From Candidatus Woesebacteria bacterium (lineage in GTDB: Bacteria > Patescibacteriota > Microgenomatia > UBA8517): DNA of 64,000 bases. A model generated the notes under the pieces. It did no database searches and had not been told where the DNA came from. It saw only the letters and a program-made list of their open reading frames with translations. Positions 1-9,191 of this stretch are shown here, piece after piece. Position 1 is the first letter of the stretch. Each line of letters opens with the position of its first letter. Location of the stretch: the NCBI GenBank assembly GCA_020060565.1, contig JAGVAE010000002.1, positions 307,270 to 371,269 on the forward strand. The letters run 5' to 3'. The translations under genes and the position numbers were made by a program.

Positions 1-12
1 ACTTACTCTATA

Positions 13-483
13 TTGGTTAAACCAAAAATTGGCTGGAAATTACCATATGAACACGTAGAGCTTGTAGCTCTCTCACCTGATGAGGTTGTGTTCACTGCTT
101 TATGGAAGTCTTTTGAAGAAAAGGTGGCTGAATTGTATGGTTATGCAGATTTAGTGCAATTATTTGGTTACTATCAATATGAATCTAACTTGAGGACAAA
201 GTTTGAACCAAAGAACATTGAAGTGAATGGTTTCTGGAAGTTGGTTGATTTTGTACTTAATTCTGGTATTCCAAAAGATGCAATACAGCTGGAGGATTTG
301 GCAGATATTTTAAGAGTTGATAAAAATGAAGTTTTTGACTATCTTGTAAAAGCTAAGGAATTGGGATATGAAATAAGAAATAATTCAACCAACCCTCAAA
401 TTGAGGATGGTCATTTCTTAATACCTTATGGTTATCCAACCCTAAGTCATAGAAGTGTTCAGTTGTCAAAGGGATTAATATAA
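13..483 (+). CDS. Hypothetical protein. It probably continues upstream of the window; the first in-frame start is TTG at 13, and the frame is open back to nt 1. The C-terminal 40 aa look like a winged-helix/HTH.
   Basis: The ORF is open to the window edge. I recognise no catalytic motif. It is co-oriented with, and 6 nt upstream of, the next ORF. Confidence 0.3.
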   Translation: MVKPKIGWKLPYEHVELVALSPDEVVFTALWKSFEEKVAELYGYADLVQLFGYYQYESNLRTKFEPKNIEVNGFWKLVDFVLNSGIPKDAIQLEDLADILRVDKNEVFDYLVKAKELGYEIRNNSTNPQIEDGHFLIPYGYPTLSHRSVQLSKGLI

Positions 484-489
484 AAATAT

Positions 490-1803
490 ATGCCAAACAA
501 TAATGATTATTACTTGAAAGTATTTGTTGATAAGAGCGAGCTTGTAAGAAATGGTGACTTATCTACTTTTTATGAAGGGGATATGTCAGAGGAAGCAAAG
601 GCCAGATATAGAACTATAGAAGAGAAACTAGAATCAGGTTACTTGGAAGATTTAATAACTTCACTTAGAGAAAACCCCGAAAGTGGAAGCGTATATGAGC
701 TGGATGTTCAACACAAAGATTTAATAAAACGGATGGTTGATTCGGTGACAAGTGAAATAGGAAGGGCGATTATTGGACTCAGTATCCTTCAGTTGGCAGT
801 AAAAAGTATTGTGCCAGAACAAAGCATTCGTCTACATAAAGGTGGGGGCGGAACAAGAAATTTTTCATGGAAAGAAGGTGTTTCAATGCGTTCATTAGAC
901 AAGAGATATATCACTCCTATTTTACGAAGGCATGACCTTTTACATCTTAATGCGGATGGTTTTATGATGACCAGAAGTCTTGCTGAAAATTACCCTTACT
1001 CCAAAGTGTATAAAGCTCAACTAAGAGGTGCTAGGAATCAATGGCTTGATTTGGTTGAAGCAGTTGAGGATGGAAATCTAGAACCGTTAGGTGCTATGAA
1101 GTATTTAATTTCTTTACTTATTAACAGGGCGGATGATTTCAAAAAATTAGCTAGCGAATCATTAAAACTATCCGAAGAGGTTGTTAAACATATTTCTGGA
1201 AAGAGTGGTGTTTTAAGTATTATTGAAGAACATATTTCAAAATCTGATTACGCAGCAAGATTAATGGAGATTTCAATGCACTCTTTAATGCAAGCATTAC
1301 AGGAATTGAAAGTATTTCCAGGGGAAGAACTTAAACCCTTGTCTCAAATGAGATCAGCCAATAAAAAGCATGGAAACATAGGGGATGTAGAATTAGTTGA
1401 GGACTCTGAAATTGTGGAATCTTGGGATGCAAAATTTGGAAAGTCTTATCTTCGGGACGAGGTGGAGGAACTTTCGGAAAAGTTAAAGCGTCATGAATCA
1501 GTAAAAGTTGCTGGATTTGTCACAGATACAGACCCTCAGAGGTTAGATGAAATGAAGAAACGTATATCGGAAATTGAAGAACTCCATGGTTTAAGGATTG
1601 TAATTGAAAGATATAGTGATTGGGTTAATGAACAGTTTGACAGGGCGGATAAAGAGGTGGGTGCAAATGAGGTTGATGTGGCAGGGCGATGGCTAACTGC
1701 ATATACAGAATCTTTGGCCCAGAAAAGAAGAGAAATTGCTCCAATAGACGAACCTTGTGAGGCTTGGCTTAATTCGTTAAAAAATATTCTTGGGAAGAAC
1801 TAA
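490..1803 (+). CDS. Hypothetical cytoplasmic protein of 437 aa: charged, alpha-helical, with a Gly-rich loop HKGGGGTRNF. Function unknown; it might be a nuclease or defence-type protein.
   Basis: Long clean ORF with an ATG start. It has no transmembrane segments. It is not recognisably a methyltransferase and has no Walker-type NTPase motif. Confidence 0.45.
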   Translation: MPNNNDYYLKVFVDKSELVRNGDLSTFYEGDMSEEAKARYRTIEEKLESGYLEDLITSLRENPESGSVYELDVQHKDLIKRMVDSVTSEIGRAIIGLSILQLAVKSIVPEQSIRLHKGGGGTRNFSWKEGVSMRSLDKRYITPILRRHDLLHLNADGFMMTRSLAENYPYSKVYKAQLRGARNQWLDLVEAVEDGNLEPLGAMKYLISLLINRADDFKKLASESLKLSEEVVKHISGKSGVLSIIEEHISKSDYAARLMEISMHSLMQALQELKVFPGEELKPLSQMRSANKKHGNIGDVELVEDSEIVESWDAKFGKSYLRDEVEELSEKLKRHESVKVAGFVTDTDPQRLDEMKKRISEIEELHGLRIVIERYSDWVNEQFDRADKEVGANEVDVAGRWLTAYTESLAQKRREIAPIDEPCEAWLNSLKNILGKN

Positions 1804-2444
1804 GGCGAAGGTTTGTCTGACCAGCCTTCTTTGCCTTGGGTAAATTCTCTACCATCTGGTGAGATACACCTTCTTATACCCGTTCTTTCGTAATATTGCT
1901 CGCTTGAAAGCTGTCCGCCATCATGACCGATTGCTTTAACACAATCTTCATATGTTTTAACCCAAGAGTATTTTTCTTTTATGGTTGGAGCTAAATCTCC
2001 TCCAGGAAGAAGTTCTGGAGTGAAATTACTTTCTGGACAACCGTGGTCACAATCTTGGCGAGTACCACTGTTAAGAAGAACCGAAGCTAATTCCCAAGCA
2101 TTCATACTTTGCGAGATTGTATAAACTGCTCCTCTTTCAATTGTTTTACTGCCTTTGCCTACTTTAATGAAATTTTCTCCTCCTTTGGTGTTATCTTGCG
2201 TATGTTCCAGTGCAAAAGTGAAAGCTCTTTCATCTTTGATGAAATCGTAATACTTTAAATCACCAACAATAGCATCTAAGGTTTTATTCTTGCTTATCGT
2301 AAACTGGATGTCGGGAGTATCATTCCTTGGAGCCTCAAACTTTGATTGCCAATTTTTAAACAGCAATATTCCAAATATACTTGCAACTCCGAACAATATT
2401 ATTAAAGAGATTAAAGGTTTTTTGAATTTAACTTTTTTAACCAT
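1800..2444 (-). CDS. YceG/MltG-like endolytic murein transglycosylase family protein (short form) with an N-terminal membrane anchor.
   Basis: N-terminal transmembrane helix (LISLIILFGVASIFGILLF), then a 'TISKNKTLDAIVGDLKYYDFIKDERAF' block that resembles the YceG N-lobe. It converges on the upstream ORF with a 4-nt overlap. Confidence 0.35.
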   Translation of the reverse strand: MVKKVKFKKPLISLIILFGVASIFGILLFKNWQSKFEAPRNDTPDIQFTISKNKTLDAIVGDLKYYDFIKDERAFTFALEHTQDNTKGGENFIKVGKGSKTIERGAVYTISQSMNAWELASVLLNSGTRQDCDHGCPESNFTPELLPGGDLAPTIKEKYSWVKTYEDCVKAIGHDGGQLSSEQYYERTGIRRCISPDGREFTQGKEGWSDKPSP

Positions 2445-2595
2445 ACTGTTATTTAAAAGTATACTCTTTTAAAGTATTATAGTATTGAAGAAAGGATAGA
2501 ATGGGAATGACAAGGCTGAATGGTCTACATTTCTTATGTCATTTCAAACATTGTCATTATCCCCAAATATCTCAGTAGTTTGATATACTTTAGCC

Positions 2596-3222
2596 ATGGT
2601 TAAATTTGTTTATTTTGATGTTGGTGGAACTGTGATCAAAGATTTTAGCGGAACCAATAATTGGGATAATCTTAAAAAAGAAATTGGTATAAAAGATGAT
2701 CAATATGAAAGATTTGATCTTCTTTTTGATAAACATCTAGAGATTAACACTACACGGGAGGTAGATACCCTAAAACCATTAATAGAAAAAGAATTCGGTG
2801 TTAAATTTGGCAAAAATTACTCCTTGCTTATAAATGGTTTTGTAAATCGTTTTGAAACAAATAAATCCATTTGGTCAGTAGTTAAGGAAATACAAAAAAC
2901 CTCCAAAGTTGGACTATTAACCAATATGTATCCAGGAATGTTTGAAGCTATCAAAAAAAGGAAATTGATTCCCGATATTAATTGGGATGAAATAATCGAT
3001 TCAAGTATTGTGGCTCTTCAAAAGCCAGATTCTGATATCTATAAACTTGCTCAAAATAAAAGCGGTGTTAATGGCGGAGAAATATTGTTTGTCGACAATG
3101 TTCAAGAGAATATTGATACAGCACAAAAGTTTGGCTGGAAAACTTTTCTATATAATCCAAAAGAGTCTGTTCTATCTAGTAAAAATTTGTTAGAATACTT
3201 CCACTTATTAAATGAAAAATAA
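2596..3222 (+). CDS. HAD-superfamily hydrolase (haloacid dehalogenase-like phosphatase).
   Basis: Motif I 'YFDVGGTV' (DxDGT-like) near the N-terminus, and a C-terminal '[18 protein letters not shown]' motif III region. Confidence 0.65.
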   Translation: MVKFVYFDVGGTVIKDFSGTNNWDNLKKEIGIKDDQYERFDLLFDKHLEINTTREVDTLKPLIEKEFGVKFGKNYSLLINGFVNRFETNKSIWSVVKEIQKTSKVGLLTNMYPGMFEAIKKRKLIPDINWDEIIDSSIVALQKPDSDIYKLAQNKSGVNGGEILFVDNVQENIDTAQKFGWKTFLYNPKESVLSSKNLLEYFHLLNEK

Positions 3223-3709
3223 AAGTTTATATATAACAATCTTTCTAGTAGTACTTGTTGCCGTTGGTGGATATTTTGTTTTTAAGATTCCTTCACCAGT
3301 TATTAATCAACAATTACAAGAAGAGACTCTTTCTGATAATATAGAGAGTGTCGATACAAGTACTTTGGGAGTTGAGACAACTATGAATGATCAATTAGAA
3401 ATTGTAGATGAAGTATTAGGAACTGGGATAGAAGCTGTTGCCGGAAAAAGTGTAACAGTTAATTATTCAGGAACTCTTACAGATGGAACAAAATTTGATA
3501 GTTCTTATGATAGAAATGAACCATTCGTTTTTAATCTAGGTGCGGGTGAAGTTATTGTGGGATGGGATCAGGGAGTAGTTGGTATGAAAGTTGGAGGAAA
3601 GAGAAAATTAGTTATTCCCCCATCTTTGGGTTATGGATCAGCTGATTTAGGGGTGATTCCTCCAAACTCAACACTTGTTTTTGAGATAGAGCTTCTGAAA
3701 GTTGATTAA
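3212..3709 (+). CDS. FKBP-type peptidyl-prolyl cis-trans isomerase, membrane-anchored.
   Basis: N-terminal transmembrane helix, plus the canonical FKBP core '[62 protein letters not shown]'. Confidence 0.85.
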   Translation: MKNKSLYITIFLVVLVAVGGYFVFKIPSPVINQQLQEETLSDNIESVDTSTLGVETTMNDQLEIVDEVLGTGIEAVAGKSVTVNYSGTLTDGTKFDSSYDRNEPFVFNLGAGEVIVGWDQGVVGMKVGGKRKLVIPPSLGYGSADLGVIPPNSTLVFEIELLKVD

Positions 3710-3714
3710 TAAGG

Positions 3715-4815
3715 GTGCTAAATAAATTTTTTAAATCAAAAGTGGGTAATGTTCCTCTGCCAGTATTTTTCCCTGATGCTACTCGTGCAGTAGTTAAATC
3801 TATTGACACATCAGATCTTGAAGAAACCAATACACCCGGAATTTTGGTTAACACATTTCATCTTTGGCAGGAATTGGGAGTGGATGTTTTAAAGAAGTTT
3901 GGGGGAATACGGGAGTTTATGAACTACCATGGAGCTGTAATTTCAGACTCTGGGGGATTTCAGGTAATGTCTGTTATTAAGTCAAAAAATATTAAAGGTA
4001 AAATTACCGATGAAGGAGCTGTTTTTTATCCTTCTAAGAATAAAAAGAAGATATTAACTCCGGAAAAATCAATTGAATTTCAGATGAATTTAAAGACAGA
4101 TATGGTGGTTGTTTTAGATGACTTTACAGATCCAGCCTCAACCTATGATGATGCAAAAATATCAGTGGAAAGAACGCTTTCTTGGGCAAAAAGATCAAAA
4201 GTTGAATTTGAAAAGATTTGTAAAGAAAAGAAATTGGGAGATGATAGACCTTATCTTCTTGGCGTGGTTCAGGGTGGAAAATATCAAGACTTAAGAGAAT
4301 ACTGTACAAAGGAGCTTGTGAGTATTGGTTTTGATGGATTGGGATATGGTGGTTGGCCAATAGATGAAGGGGGAAATTTTGATTACGACTCTGCCAAGTC
4401 GATTGCTGACAACACCCCCTCAGAATATTTCTTATATGGACTAGGGGTAGGTAAACCCGATGAAATTTTAGGTTGTGCAAAATTGGGATTTAATATTTTT
4501 GATTGCGTTCTTCCTACTAGAGACGCACGGCATGGAAGACTATATATTTATAATTTTGATTCAATTGACGAAATAAATTTAAATATTCCCAATTTTTATT
4601 CTTTCTACACACCAACAAGAGAGAAGTACTATAAAGATGAAACTCCTATAAGCACCGCATGTGATTGTTTGTTATGTAAAAAATATTCAAAAGCATACTT
4701 GGCACATCTTTTTCGCATTGGAGATTTTACTGCAGGACGCCTTGCAACAATCCACAATTTACGTTTTTACTCGTTATTGATGGAGAAGATCAGAACTACT
4801 ATTGACAAAACATAA
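3715..4815 (+). CDS. tgt: Queuine tRNA-ribosyltransferase (tRNA-guanine transglycosylase).
   Basis: Hallmarks 'DSGGFQ', 'VVQGG', 'LPTRDARHGRLY', and the Zn site 'CDCLLC...H'. The length of 366 aa is typical. Confidence 0.85.
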   Translation: MLNKFFKSKVGNVPLPVFFPDATRAVVKSIDTSDLEETNTPGILVNTFHLWQELGVDVLKKFGGIREFMNYHGAVISDSGGFQVMSVIKSKNIKGKITDEGAVFYPSKNKKKILTPEKSIEFQMNLKTDMVVVLDDFTDPASTYDDAKISVERTLSWAKRSKVEFEKICKEKKLGDDRPYLLGVVQGGKYQDLREYCTKELVSIGFDGLGYGGWPIDEGGNFDYDSAKSIADNTPSEYFLYGLGVGKPDEILGCAKLGFNIFDCVLPTRDARHGRLYIYNFDSIDEINLNIPNFYSFYTPTREKYYKDETPISTACDCLLCKKYSKAYLAHLFRIGDFTAGRLATIHNLRFYSLLMEKIRTTIDKT

Positions 4816-4842
4816 AAAGTGCGTTTATACTTGCGCACTACT

Positions 4843-5526
4843 ATGGAACCCGAGGAAAATCAGTCAGTAGAACAGGAACAATCTGTGCAACAGTCTTCTT
4901 ATCAAGAACCTGAACAGTCCAGTGGTGTTTCTTTCCCAACAGTAGGCGAACAAAAAAAATCTGGAGGAGCAAAAACAATTTTAATAGTAGGTATTTTAAT
5001 TTTGGTAGCCATCCTTGGATTTGTAATTTATAAAAGTGCAAGCAAAAAAACGGATGGTACATCTTCTGAGCCAATCTCTTACGATGGTTTAACCACACCA
5101 TCTTCAGAACTAATAGTTGAGCCAGTTACACCGGCTCCTTCTCCTGCAGCTTCCGTTGATAAAACCAAGATTAAAGTTCAAGTTCAAAACGGAACAGGAA
5201 TAACGGGGGAAGCGGCTTACCTTCAAACCCAGCTTAAAGATTTGGGGTATATAGATGTTAAAGTTGGCAATAGTGAATCTACAGTTTCAACAACTACAGT
5301 TAGCTTTTCAAATAAATTAGACCCAAGTGTTGTGAGTGAAATCACTCAAAAATTAAATTCGGTTTATCAAACAGTTACAACCAATACTTTAACCTCTTCC
5401 ACTTATGATGTTGTAGTTGTAACAGGTCTTAAAAAGGGAGCAACCCCTAAACCATCTGTTAGCCCAACAGCAAGCGCTTCTGCGTCGCCATCTGCTTCTC
5501 CGACTCCATCACCAACCTCAACTTAA
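4843..5526 (+). CDS. LytR_C (LytR/CpsA/Psr C-terminal) domain membrane protein with an S/P/T/A-rich tail. The ORF track starts it at GTG 4819; the first ATG is at 4843.
   Basis: Single transmembrane helix (ILIVGILILVAILGFVIY), then 'KIKVQVQNGTGITGEAAYLQTQLKDLGYIDVKVGNSES..TTTV', a typical LytR_C block. The C-terminus is SPTASASASPSASPTPSPTST. Confidence 0.5.
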   Translation: MEPEENQSVEQEQSVQQSSYQEPEQSSGVSFPTVGEQKKSGGAKTILIVGILILVAILGFVIYKSASKKTDGTSSEPISYDGLTTPSSELIVEPVTPAPSPAASVDKTKIKVQVQNGTGITGEAAYLQTQLKDLGYIDVKVGNSESTVSTTTVSFSNKLDPSVVSEITQKLNSVYQTVTTNTLTSSTYDVVVVTGLKKGATPKPSVSPTASASASPSASPTPSPTST

Positions 5527-5548
5527 CAAGATGCTATAATATTAATAT

Positions 5549-6010
5549 ATGCCCGATTTAAGTCAGACATTGTTTGAAACTTTCAATTTAAGTTTGGGTA
5601 AGATTTCTATCCCTGTTCCATATTGGCAAGCAGCAGCCATAGTTGCTCTAATTTTTTTTCTGATACTGCTTTTAGCAAAATTTCGTGAGCATTCTATTCA
5701 CTGGTCGTTAAAAGGTGGAGTATTTGGAATATTTTTTGGATTTCTGTTGGCCTTGATTTTGGAAGGATTTCTTCTAATTGGAGGTAAGACTGTACTAACT
5801 GAAGCTTTGGGTTGGAAAAATCCACCAACACCAATTGCGCACTTACTGGACGCAGGAAGGTCTGAACTTATTAATGTATTGGGTATTAAAACTGAAATAC
5901 CAACTTCATATGCGAAGGAAAATGTTTCAGTTCAGGATGCAATGGAAGTTATCCAGAGTTTGAATCCAAGTGATATTACCAAAGTCAAAAACATCCTTTG
6001 TTCTCCTTAG
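5549..6010 (+). CDS. Hypothetical small membrane protein with two or three transmembrane helices.
   Basis: ATG start, hydrophobic helices, no recognisable domain. Confidence 0.35.
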   Translation: MPDLSQTLFETFNLSLGKISIPVPYWQAAAIVALIFFLILLLAKFREHSIHWSLKGGVFGIFFGFLLALILEGFLLIGGKTVLTEALGWKNPPTPIAHLLDAGRSELINVLGIKTEIPTSYAKENVSVQDAMEVIQSLNPSDITKVKNILCSP

Positions 6011-6028
6011 TTTGGTATACTTCAAGGA

Positions 6029-7057
6029 ATGGAAGAATTAATAGATAGACTGAATAAGCTTAAGATATCTGCTGATATTGAAGGAAAGAAAGAAAGGATC
6101 AAAATTCTTGAGGGAGAATCAACCAAAGCTAATCTTTGGGATGATCCCAATTATGCAAGACGGGTAACCCAGGAGTTGAGTGATTTAAATAAAGAAGTAG
6201 AAGAAATTCAAGAACTTTCGGAGACTTTGGAAATCTTAACACAAGTCAATGATGAAAGCGAATTAAGAAAAGCTGAAAAAGCCCTAGAAAGATTGGAAAT
6301 GACGACTTATCTTTCTGGTAAGTATGATGTTAAAAATGCAATAGTTTCAATTCACGCAGGTCAGGGAGGAACGGAGGCTATGGATTGGGTCTCAATGCTA
6401 CTTCGTATGTATATGCGTTTTTGTGAAAGGAGAGAATGGAAGACGGAAACTTTTGAATATACTCCAGGGGAGGAAGCTGGGATTAAAAGTGTTATCTTTA
6501 ATGTTTCGGGAAGACATGCTTATGGTTATCTAAAAGGTGAAGCAGGAACCCATAGGCTTGTCAGGCAATCTCCATTTAATGCGGACAAATTAAGACAGAC
6601 CTCATTTGCGCTTGTGGAAGTCATGCCTGAGCTTGAAGAAACTGATGCTTCAGACATTGATATTAAAGATAGTGATTTGGATTGGCAATTTATTCACGCT
6701 GGAGGTCACGGGGGGCAAAATGTAAATAAAGTAGCAACTGCAGTACGCTTAACACATATTCCATCAGGAATAGTTATTACCGCCTCAACTGAAAGATTCC
6801 AAGAACAAAATAGGAAAATTGCCTTAAGTTTACTTCGAGGAAAACTTTGGCTGCGTGAACAAGAGATTGCCAAAGGACTTAAAAAGGATATAAAAGGGGA
6901 TTATCGTCCTGCTTCTTGGGGAAATCAGATCAGAAGTTATGTCCTCCATCCATATAAAATGGTAAAGGATTTGCGGACTGAAGTCGAAACAGGAAATACA
7001 GATGTAGTATTAGATGGGGGGATCGACGAATTTATTGATGCTGAGTTGAAAATGTAA
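6029..7057 (+). CDS. prfB: Peptide chain release factor 2, encoded as a single uninterrupted ORF with no +1 frameshift site.
   Basis: GGQ motif 'GGHGGQNVNKV', the RF2-specific 'SPF' tripeptide (RQSPFNADKLRQTSFA), and an intact N-terminus MEELIDRLNKL. Confidence 0.9.
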   Translation: MEELIDRLNKLKISADIEGKKERIKILEGESTKANLWDDPNYARRVTQELSDLNKEVEEIQELSETLEILTQVNDESELRKAEKALERLEMTTYLSGKYDVKNAIVSIHAGQGGTEAMDWVSMLLRMYMRFCERREWKTETFEYTPGEEAGIKSVIFNVSGRHAYGYLKGEAGTHRLVRQSPFNADKLRQTSFALVEVMPELEETDASDIDIKDSDLDWQFIHAGGHGGQNVNKVATAVRLTHIPSGIVITASTERFQEQNRKIALSLLRGKLWLREQEIAKGLKKDIKGDYRPASWGNQIRSYVLHPYKMVKDLRTEVETGNTDVVLDGGIDEFIDAELKM

Positions 7058-7100
7058 TTTTCGATTTGCGTTTTTGGCTTTTATAGTGTTATATTTGGTT

Positions 7101-7538
7101 ATGGAACCAATAAACCCCCAGCCAGTAGTAGGGCCTGTGCAGAATTTAAATACAAATAAAACCTGGATGTATATTGTTGGTGCTTTTCTTGTTGTTGTTT
7201 TGGGTGTGGGGGGTGGCTGGCTAATTTCTTCAAAAGTAATTAACAAAGGTCCTGTTGCAGCACCTGGTACAAAAGTGACTTCAACTGAAGCTGGGGTACT
7301 TGATGCCAATACCAAATATGATAATGCAACAGGAGTTATGAAAGAAGGAGGAACGGGGAATGAGGGAACACACCACCTTGATCGTGAAGGTGGAGTTGAT
7401 CAGACAGTTTATTTGACTTCAAGTGTGATTGACCTATCTAGTTTTAATGGTAAAAAGGTTCAGGTTTGGGGTCAAACATTAGCTTCAAAGAAAGCTGGAT
7501 GGCTGATGGATGTTGCTAAAGTACAAGTCATTCAGTAA
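7101..7538 (+). CDS. Hypothetical secreted or membrane-anchored protein. ATG at 7101; the track's TTG at 7074 is also possible.
   Basis: An N-terminal hydrophobic helix followed by a Gly/Thr-rich soluble region. No known domain. Confidence 0.35.
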   Translation: MEPINPQPVVGPVQNLNTNKTWMYIVGAFLVVVLGVGGGWLISSKVINKGPVAAPGTKVTSTEAGVLDANTKYDNATGVMKEGGTGNEGTHHLDREGGVDQTVYLTSSVIDLSSFNGKKVQVWGQTLASKKAGWLMDVAKVQVIQ

Positions 7539-7574
7539 TTATTGTCTTCATCTGGTAATATTAAGAGACTATAT

Positions 7575-8243
7575 ATGTCTCACGAAAAGAAAAATATTAT
7601 TCATTTTGAGAAGGTAACAAAGAAATTTGGTGGTATGGCTGCGGTTGATAATGTTTCATTTGATGTAGAAGATGGTGAATTTGTTTTTATCACAGGTCCT
7701 TCAGGGGCAGGAAAAACTACACTTCTTAAGTTAATTCTGGGAGAAATATCCTCAAGCAGCGGGGAAGTGATAGTTGATGGTGTGAATGTTGAAAATTTAA
7801 AAGAAAAAGAATTACCCTACTTTCGCCAAAAAATAGGTATAGTATTTCAAGATTTTAAGGTACTACCACAGCGTTCAGTTTCTGAAAATATAGAAGTTGC
7901 TCTAGCTGTAACAGGAGTTGATGAAGCCCAATGGCAGGAAAGAATAAAACACGTTCTTAAACTGGTGGGACTTTCTCGTCAGGAGGATCTTTTTCCATCT
8001 CAACTTTCAGGAGGAGAACTGCAAAGAGTTTCTTTAGCACGTGCTTTGAGTGTTAATCCCAAGCTTCTTTTGGCAGATGAGCCGATGGGAAACTTAGATT
8101 GGGAAACATCTGATTCAATAATGCAATTATTTGAAAAAATTAACAAAGAAGGTAAAACCATAGTGATGGCGACACATAACTTGGAAATTGTTAAGAAATA
8201 TAAAAAGCGTGAGATACATATAGTAGGTGGTAAAATAAATTAA
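7575..8243 (+). CDS. ftsE: Cell-division ABC transporter ATP-binding protein FtsE.
   Basis: Walker A 'GPSGAGKTT', signature 'LSGGELQRVSLARAL', Walker B 'LLLADEP'. About 222 aa counted from ATG 7575. Confidence 0.85.
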   Translation: MSHEKKNIIHFEKVTKKFGGMAAVDNVSFDVEDGEFVFITGPSGAGKTTLLKLILGEISSSSGEVIVDGVNVENLKEKELPYFRQKIGIVFQDFKVLPQRSVSENIEVALAVTGVDEAQWQERIKHVLKLVGLSRQEDLFPSQLSGGELQRVSLARALSVNPKLLLADEPMGNLDWETSDSIMQLFEKINKEGKTIVMATHNLEIVKKYKKREIHIVGGKIN

Positions 8244-8273
8244 TTAAAAAATAAAAATTTATAATTTAAAATT

Positions 8274-9191
8274 ATGAAAAGTATTCATCTTAAAACTGCA
8301 CTGGGATGTATGAGAAGGTCTCCGTTTCAGGCTATGGCTGCTACATTTGTTTTGAGCCTTACCTTTTTTGTCGCCACTTTAGTATCTGTTCTTGTTTATT
8401 CTTCATCTCAGCTTCTAAATTATTTTGAGTCTCGTCCTCAGGTGATTGCTTTTATTAAAGATGGGACTACCGATACCCAAGTTGCTGATTTACAACATAA
8501 GCTGGAAAGCGAGGAAAAAATTGAAAATGTTAAGTATGTAAGTAAAGAGGAAGCTCTCTCTATTTATAAAAAAGCTACTAGCGATAATCCACTTTTGGGA
8601 CAGCTTGTAAGTCCATCAATTTTTCCTGCTTCCCTAGAATTTTCTGTAAACGACTTATCCTTTGCCCAAGATATTATTGATCAAATAAAGAGCGAGGATA
8701 TAGTTGATTCTGTTGGTTTTACCGCTGCAGTTGGTGGGGAGGCTAATTTAAACGATGTTGTCAATAGACTTAAAACCATAACTACATATGTTAGATTGGG
8801 AGGTGGAATATTTACAGGAGTTTTGGCTCTGGCTTCATTTGTTGTTCTTCTTATAACAATAACAATGAGAATGGCAACACGCAAAGAAGAAATTGAGATA
8901 CTAAATCTTATTGGGGCAACCAAAGCATTTATAAGAAGTCCTATCATGCTTGAGGCTCTTATATATGCCGTAGTTGGTGTTTTTGTTGGTTGGATACTGT
9001 GCTTTATTACTGTTTTATATTCGGCTCCTGGCTTGGTTTCTTATTTTGGTGAAATTCCAGTTCTTCCAAAAGATACGCTTGGGATTCTTACAATCTTTGG
9101 AATTATTTTGGGAGTAGAGCTTTTGGGCGGTCTTATTTTGGCAATTTCAGGAAGTTTACTTGCAATTTCAAGAGTCAGAAAATCAAGATGA
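8274..9191 (+). CDS. ftsX: Cell-division permease-like protein FtsX.
   Basis: N-terminal 'LKTALGCMRRSPFQAMAATFV', a large extracellular loop, three C-terminal transmembrane helices, and a position directly downstream of ftsE. Confidence 0.8.
   Translation: MKSIHLKTALGCMRRSPFQAMAATFVLSLTFFVATLVSVLVYSSSQLLNYFESRPQVIAFIKDGTTDTQVADLQHKLESEEKIENVKYVSKEEALSIYKKATSDNPLLGQLVSPSIFPASLEFSVNDLSFAQDIIDQIKSEDIVDSVGFTAAVGGEANLNDVVNRLKTITTYVRLGGGIFTGVLALASFVVLLITITMRMATRKEEIEILNLIGATKAFIRSPIMLEALIYAVVGVFVGWILCFITVLYSAPGLVSYFGEIPVLPKDTLGILTIFGIILGVELLGGLILAISGSLLAISRVRKSR

Noticed and set aside
2290-2472. A 60-aa + strand ORF overlapping the MltG-like gene. Similar short antisense or overlapping ORFs are listed at 3008, 3612, 4124, 4841, 7010, 8681, 9432, 10781, 11764, 12475, 12815, 13073, 13893, 13957, 15390, 15751, 15794, 16297, 17896, 20148, 20725, 22628, 23520, 24439, 27037, 28057, 28578, 29490, 30777, 30782, 31303, 35653, 35888, 36029, 36312, 37611, 38424, 39408, 39616, 41291, 42318, 42363, 43044, 43876, 45504, 46244, 48567, 49824, 50237, 51445, 51875, 56407, 57061, 58843, 59286, 61758, 62124, 62911 and 63803.
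   Set aside because: All sit inside, or antisense to, long well-supported genes. They are low-complexity translations of AT-rich sequence with no motifs, which is what spurious ORFs look like.
8244-8273. A TATAAT at 8260-8265 just upstream of ftsX, as a possible internal promoter.
   Set aside because: The ftsX ATG is only 8 nt downstream and no -35 is evident. The whole intergenic region is A/T homopolymer-like, so TATAAT is expected by chance. ftsE-ftsX are most likely co-transcribed.
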